Assembly: GCA_964016885.1 (NCBI GenBank)
Contig: OZ024743.1
Location: 299,646,001-299,710,000 of the forward strand
Source: Eledone cirrhosa
Taxonomy: Eukaryota
Length of the DNA: 64,000 nucleotides
Reading direction: 5' to 3'
Below the pieces are notes generated by a model that searched no databases, was not told the origin of the DNA, and was given only the letters and a program-made list of their open reading frames with translations. Positions 57,760 to 64,000 of the stretch are shown here, piece after piece. Made by a program: the position numbers and the translations under genes. The number at the start of each line of letters is the position of its first letter. Within the stretch, counting starts at the first letter, position 1.

Positions 57760-58720
57760 ATTAGGAAATGGTATTTGTAAGAAAGAAGGCTAAATTATGC
57801 ATTTTAATATAAGTAGACTATTAATTATAGGTTAATTAAAGTAAAAATAGTTAATATATTAATTTCTAAGGTGTATACTACTTAGGTTTATAATATTTAA
57901 AGCGGAATTTTGAAGTTAAACAGTAGTAGAGTATTAATTATAGCATAACTAAATTAAAAATAATTACATATATTAACATGATGGTATCAATTTTAGGAAA
58001 TGAATTTTGTAATAGGGAAAGCCAAATTAAGTATTTCATCGGTAGTAGAATATTAATTATAGGTTAACTAAATTAAAAATGATATATTAATTTCTATAGT
58101 ATATGTTAATTAGGTTTATAATAATTAAAGCAAAATTTTGTATTTTATCTATAGTAGAATATAATAATAGGTTAACTAAATTAAAATTAATCTATATATT
58201 TATTTGTAAAGAGTATATTAATTAGGTATATATTTAAAAGTTTTTCTCAGTTTATGATTACACGATATTCTGCAATCCATCTGTATTAGAATTTTAATTA
58301 TAAGCTAACTAAATTAAAATTATAGGTTAACTAAATTAAAATTAATTTATAAATTCATTTCTAAATTATATATTAATTAGGTTTATAATATTAAAAAGTA
58401 TTTCTCCGTTATTAATTACACGATATTTTGTTGTATTTCATCTGTAAAGAATTTTAATAAAAGGTTAAATAAACTAAAATTAATCTATATATTAATTTCC
58501 AAAGAATATATTAATTATGTTAATAATATTTAAATGTTTTTCACAGTTTATTATTATATGATATTTTTTAATTTCATCTGTAGTAGAATTTTAATTAAAT
58601 TAAAATTATAGGTTAACTACATTAAAATTAATTTATATATTAATTTCTAAAATATATATTATTAATTAGGTTTATAATATTTAAATCTTTTTCTCAGTTT
58701 ATGATTACACGATATAATTA
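57760..58720. repeat. Degenerate AT-rich tandem repeat (~140-160 bp) built from the 3' end of the adjacent GIY-YIG ORF
   Basis: TTTTCTCAGTTTATGATTACACGATAT-like blocks at ~58241, 58401, 58537 and 58689; ATAGGTTAACTAAATTAAAA recurs. Confidence 0.75.
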
Positions 58721-59085
58721 ATTCCTGTCGCTTATTTAATAGGATATCCTTAGATTTCATTATTTCAAATAGTTCTTGGGAACACAATCTACATTCATTT
58801 CTATTATTTTGATAAGGGGTGGCTCTTTTGAGCACACTCCAGGTCATATCATATTCTATATTCTTATTTCTATAACTATTAATTTTTTCTGCTAGAGATA
58901 TTGTATTAGCCAGTGCGGCATTTTTAAAACTATGTTTGTGGGTATTAAACCTTACCTTAAAATTGTTAGAATTAGCTCCTATATATGAGCAAATAGAATC
59001 TTTAGTTTTAACTTTACATTTATAAACTATGTTGTTAACAAGACAATTTCCTTTTAATGGGCAGTTTGCTTTGTTTCTACAGAAT
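58662..59085 (-). pseudogene. GIY-YIG endonuclease end of a Naiad-like Penelope element
   Basis: CRNKANCPLKGNCLVNNIVYKC...YIG...FKVRFNTHKHSF...CRLCSQE...LLNKRQE...CNH. Confidence 0.85.
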
Positions 59086-60830
59086 AAGTCCTTGCACGCT
59101 GCTTTGCGGTAGAAGGTGGTGTTTATATCTCCTTCTTCCGAGATGTTGATACGGAAGTCGAGGAGGGCGAGTGACCCGTCTTCTCCTGGGTGTTCGATGG
59201 TGAAATCGACGTGATGGTCAGTATCGTTGAAGATTTGGTGAATTTCATTCGCCATCTCCCGGGAAGAAGTAAGGACTTATTTGTGCAAGGACTTATTTGT
59301 GCATTACAACTCAGCCCTCCCCAACAACGCTAAGAGAGGCTATGTCCTAAATGAACTGACACGGATCACTAACAGATGCAGCGAGCCGATGGGTGGTCTC
59401 ACCCATACCACGCAATTCCGTAATTTACTCAGGTCTAATGGATATCCCAAGCGACTGATTAACGGAATTAGAGACCCCAGACCCAATAGACAGACACCCA
59501 CTAGAAACTTAAATAAAAGCAGGTGCTTCTTTAAAATCCCCCACCTGAGTGAATATACCACGAACGCCATCCGCAGGGCCATACGGACGGAGGGACTTGA
59601 CATACATTTGGCCCACACAGGACCTTCGCTGCGAAGATGCCTCTCCTACAAACCCGACGAGTCAGATGGGACGTGTTCCCTCAGCAACTGCCCGATACGG
59701 GGGGCAGATTGCCTACGCACCTATGTCGTATATAAGATTCAATGCGATAAATGTAACAAGTTTTACATAGGTAGCACCATCCGACCCCTACATGTTCGTA
59801 TCAAGGAACATATCAACACCAACGCATCTTCCTTCCGTAAACACATCCTTAAATGCGGAAACCCACAGGGTAGACCCTTGGTCACAGTCCTAGCGACTGA
59901 ACGCAGCATCGGATCCTTAAGGATAAAGGAATCACTTGTTATTAAGAACCTCAGACCCCCACTTAACAACCGGGCTGAGAGAAATGAGCTGACATGGCTA
60001 ACTTAACCATAGTGACCATTCACAGCCCTTCCGGCCTGCTATTTTCACACACACGCACGTATATGCATACCCATAAGCATACACACACACATCTATATTT
60101 ATACACGCACACATGTTTTTACAACCTACCACCTTTCACACCCTTTGATTTCCAGCTTCTACAGCCCACTATCTTTCACACACACACGCACTCACACATA
60201 TACACACACATGTATACCCATACGCTTACACACACACACATCTATATTTATACACGCACACATGTTTTACAACCTACCACCTTTCACACCCTTAGATTTC
60301 CAGCTTCTACAGCCCACTATCTTTCACACACACACAAACTCACACATATACACACTTACACATATACACACACAGTTACACACACATATATATTTACACA
60401 CACATATTTTACGGCTTTCACACGCTAGCGCACCCTCTTGATTTAACCCATTTGGTCAGTAGCTTTTGCCACAGCCTATCACGCGCACGCGCATTCTTTC
60501 CCTCATTTAAATTTTAAATAATTTTTATCCCCATAACGGCATTCCTGTTTTAACGACATCACAACTTTCTCCGCTTAGCCTGTTTCCCCCCCTTTTGGAA
60601 CTTTCCCCCGTTGATGGGCGTGAGCCCGAAATATTGGGATTAAATCTCCACTACGGTAACCCTTCTACCTTTGTTTTGTTTTCATCTTTGTCTCTCTCAA
60701 TTTTCACTTTATCCTATTTCTCCTATCTATCATTCACTTCCTACCTCGAGATTTCCCTCTGCATTGTTGTGGCTTTCTAAACTACGTATTTTACACATTT
60801 CACAATGCTTCAAGCAAACTTTAACACCCT
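59086..60830 (+). mobile_element. 5'-inverted Penelope-like element (RT thumb, GIY-YIG, pLTR)
   Basis: ORF 59281-60006 has VVYKIQCDKCNKFYIGSTIRPLHVRIKEH...RKH..C...LRIKES...PPLN. The upstream RT segment (FTIEH..SLALLD...FYRK) is inverted at 59086-59270. A decayed HHR lies at ~60604-60640. Confidence 0.88.
60045..60345. repeat. Two ~148 bp direct copies inside the PLE 3' region
   Basis: CATCTATATTTATACACGCACACATGTTTT..ACAACCTACCACCTTTCACACCC occurs twice. Confidence 0.85.
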
Positions 60831-60832
60831 CT

Positions 60833-60892
<60 letters not shown>

Positions 60893-60897
60893 TATAA

Positions 60898-60981
<84 letters not shown>

Positions 60982-60987
60982 ATATAT

Positions 60988-61134
60988 TTATTTCTGAAGA
61001 CGGCATATATATGTGTTGGGTATGTATATTTAATTTTGATAGTTTGTATAATTTTGTATAATTTTGTACATAGATCTGTTGAATATGCATGCCAATTCTA
61101 ACACATATATATCCTAGAAACGATCGTTAAATAA
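60988..61134 (+). ncRNA. Hammerhead ribozyme with ~115 nt stem II extension
   Basis: TTATTT-CTGAAGA-[..ATATATATGTGTTGG...CTAACACATATATAT..]-GAAAC-GATC-GTT-AAATAA. Confidence 0.65.
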
Positions 61135-61335
61135 TGAACTTTTTTTGTTTAATATAAGGAACTGTTTCATTGTTTTATTCATTATTTTTTTAATATTTTA
61201 TCTTGACTCTGTATTCCGTTTATCTTTCACCGAATGTGATTTTTCATTGCATCTCTTCTTTCCATGATATCCGGATTACATTGAGTTCTTCATACGGATT
61301 GGACACTACCGTAAACTCTTGGTAGATTTATCTAC

Positions 61336-61703
<368 letters not shown>

Positions 61704-61719
61704 ATATATTTATATATAA

Positions 61720-61841
<122 letters not shown>

Positions 61842-61938
61842 TTTGAGTTTATGTTGGTTGTATACCAACACATCAGTATGCAGGCTGGAGCACTCAACGA
61901 AGTGCGCAGGTTGGTTTGGTTACTCCGGAGTAGTGTAA

Positions 61939-62417
<479 letters not shown>

Positions 62418-62525
62418 TATATATATATATTTATATATATATATTTATATATATATATTTATATATATATATTTATATATATATATTTATATATATATCT
62501 TTATATATATATTTATATATATATA

Positions 62526-64000
62526 TTTCGTTTCTGAATTTGTTTAGCAAGATTCTTTATCTGAAATCGTGTGTTGAAACCGATATTGTTATACTTTGGG
62601 AGGGTCATGTTGCCAATAAGAAACACACGCACCAGTTGCTTTCACTTCAATTTTATTTATTAAATATTTATAAATTTCTGGTTGGTTGGTTGGTTCCACA
62701 ACCAGATAGTTGTTTATATATATATAGTCATAGTTCTTTCGTCACACACTCTGTGACCTCTTCAGTGACTGGGGATTTATTTCTTCGTTTCTGTGCCTTT
62801 CCTTTCTTCTATCCTACGCCATTTTGTTTGTGTGTGGGTTGCGTGCTCAGTTTGCGCATGCGCCACATCCGGGTGTCTGTGTGTGTTTGTGTTCATTTTT
62901 CTATTTTTCTATTTATATTTTTCTATTTGTTTGTTTATTTATTTATTGTTGGTTGGTTGTTTGTTCTATGTGTGTGTGTGTTTTCATTTTGTCTTGTGTG
63001 TGTTTTCATTTTGTGTGTGTTTTCAATTGTAAGTTGTTTGTTCTATGTGTGTGTTTTCATTTTGTCCTTAATTGTAAGTTGTGATGTTGCTGTTCCACTC
63101 ATATTTTCTATTTAATTTTGGTTTTAATTCTTTTATGCTTACTGCCTCTGTAATTTGCCTAAACATTGCGTCTTTCTTGTGTGTGGATTCTATTTTTATT
63201 TCTATGCTCTCTAATTTACCCCTGTGTTCTATCTTAGCATGTTGGTAGAGCACAGATGATTCTTTACTATCTTGGAGGTCTCGCCAGTGTTCATTTATTC
63301 GTTCCCCTATACTACGAGCTGTCTCACCTATGTACACTATATTTTTGTTTCTACATTGTCCTTCAGTACATCTTATGCTATATACTACATTTCTAGTTTT
63401 ACAGTTAATATGGGGGCTTATTTTACAGGTTATACATTTCTTATCTATACATGAGGGTCTTTGGAACGGGTATGTCTTGCTAATAAGTGTTTTTACGGAG
63501 GTACCAGGTCTTTCTACTATCTTAATATTGAGATTATGTTTCTTTAGGGCCCTTCTAAATTTGTAGGCTAGTTCGCCTCTAGGGGTTGTATTGATGAACA
63601 TTACACTCTGGTATTTATTGCTATCATACCATGAGTTTATTCTATTGGCCTTGTTCTTAGTTCTTTCTATTCTACCAAAATTTGCTCCTATACAAGGGGC
63701 AGGTCCCATTTATGTCATTATTTACCATTTTTTCCCATTTGGTTCTGGCTCCTTTATACACTCTGATTCTATCTCTCTGATTGTAGCCAGAGAACTGCAT
63801 ACGGTGGATGAAGTGTTGTATGTGTCTCTCTAGTTCTTCGGGGTTGCACATGCGGGACACATTTCTCATCACCCGTACCAAATCCGCAATCAGTATGTTG
63901 ATTTTGGTATGGTCCGAAATGGCCGAGTTTCGGTGGATCAGATGTTTGGAAGTCATGGGTTTGGCATAATGGGAATGGAGGATTTGCTTTTGGTTGTTAA
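62526..64000 (-). mobile_element. Penelope-like element (RT thumb, Cys-rich linker, GIY-YIG, pLTR with HHR), continuing beyond the window
   Basis: HSHYAKPMTSKHLIHRNSA; CIDKKCITC...CKTRNVVYSIRC...YIGETARSIGERINEH...ITEAVSI..LKPKLN; frameshift near 63700; HHR at 62726-62770 on the minus strand (CTGAAGA...GAAA-GAAC-TA). Confidence 0.9.

Overview
This is a eukaryotic, very AT-rich, repeat-saturated window in which I can support no host gene. The SINE family and microsatellite content suggest a cephalopod (octopus-like) genome, which is an inference. It holds long (TA)n/(CA)n tracts and tRNA-derived SINEs with target-site duplications. It also holds decayed non-LTR retrotransposons: a CRE-like RT-RLE, an R4/Dong-like RT-RLE, two tandem Tx1-like L1-clade elements, two CR1-group LINEs and an I-group fragment. 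Several Penelope-like element (PLE) fragments with GIY-YIG endonucleases are present. The standout is a non-coding 467-468 bp satellite at 51216-53982, arranged as two head-to-head arrays. It carries six identical, intact minimal type I hammerhead ribozymes (HHRs), one per full period, as expected of a retrozyme-like circular-RNA retroelement. At least ten more intact or decayed HHR motifs from several unrelated families lie in PLE termini and in small inverted or direct-repeat insertions within (TA)n. All structures were read by eye, and no folding or database search was run.
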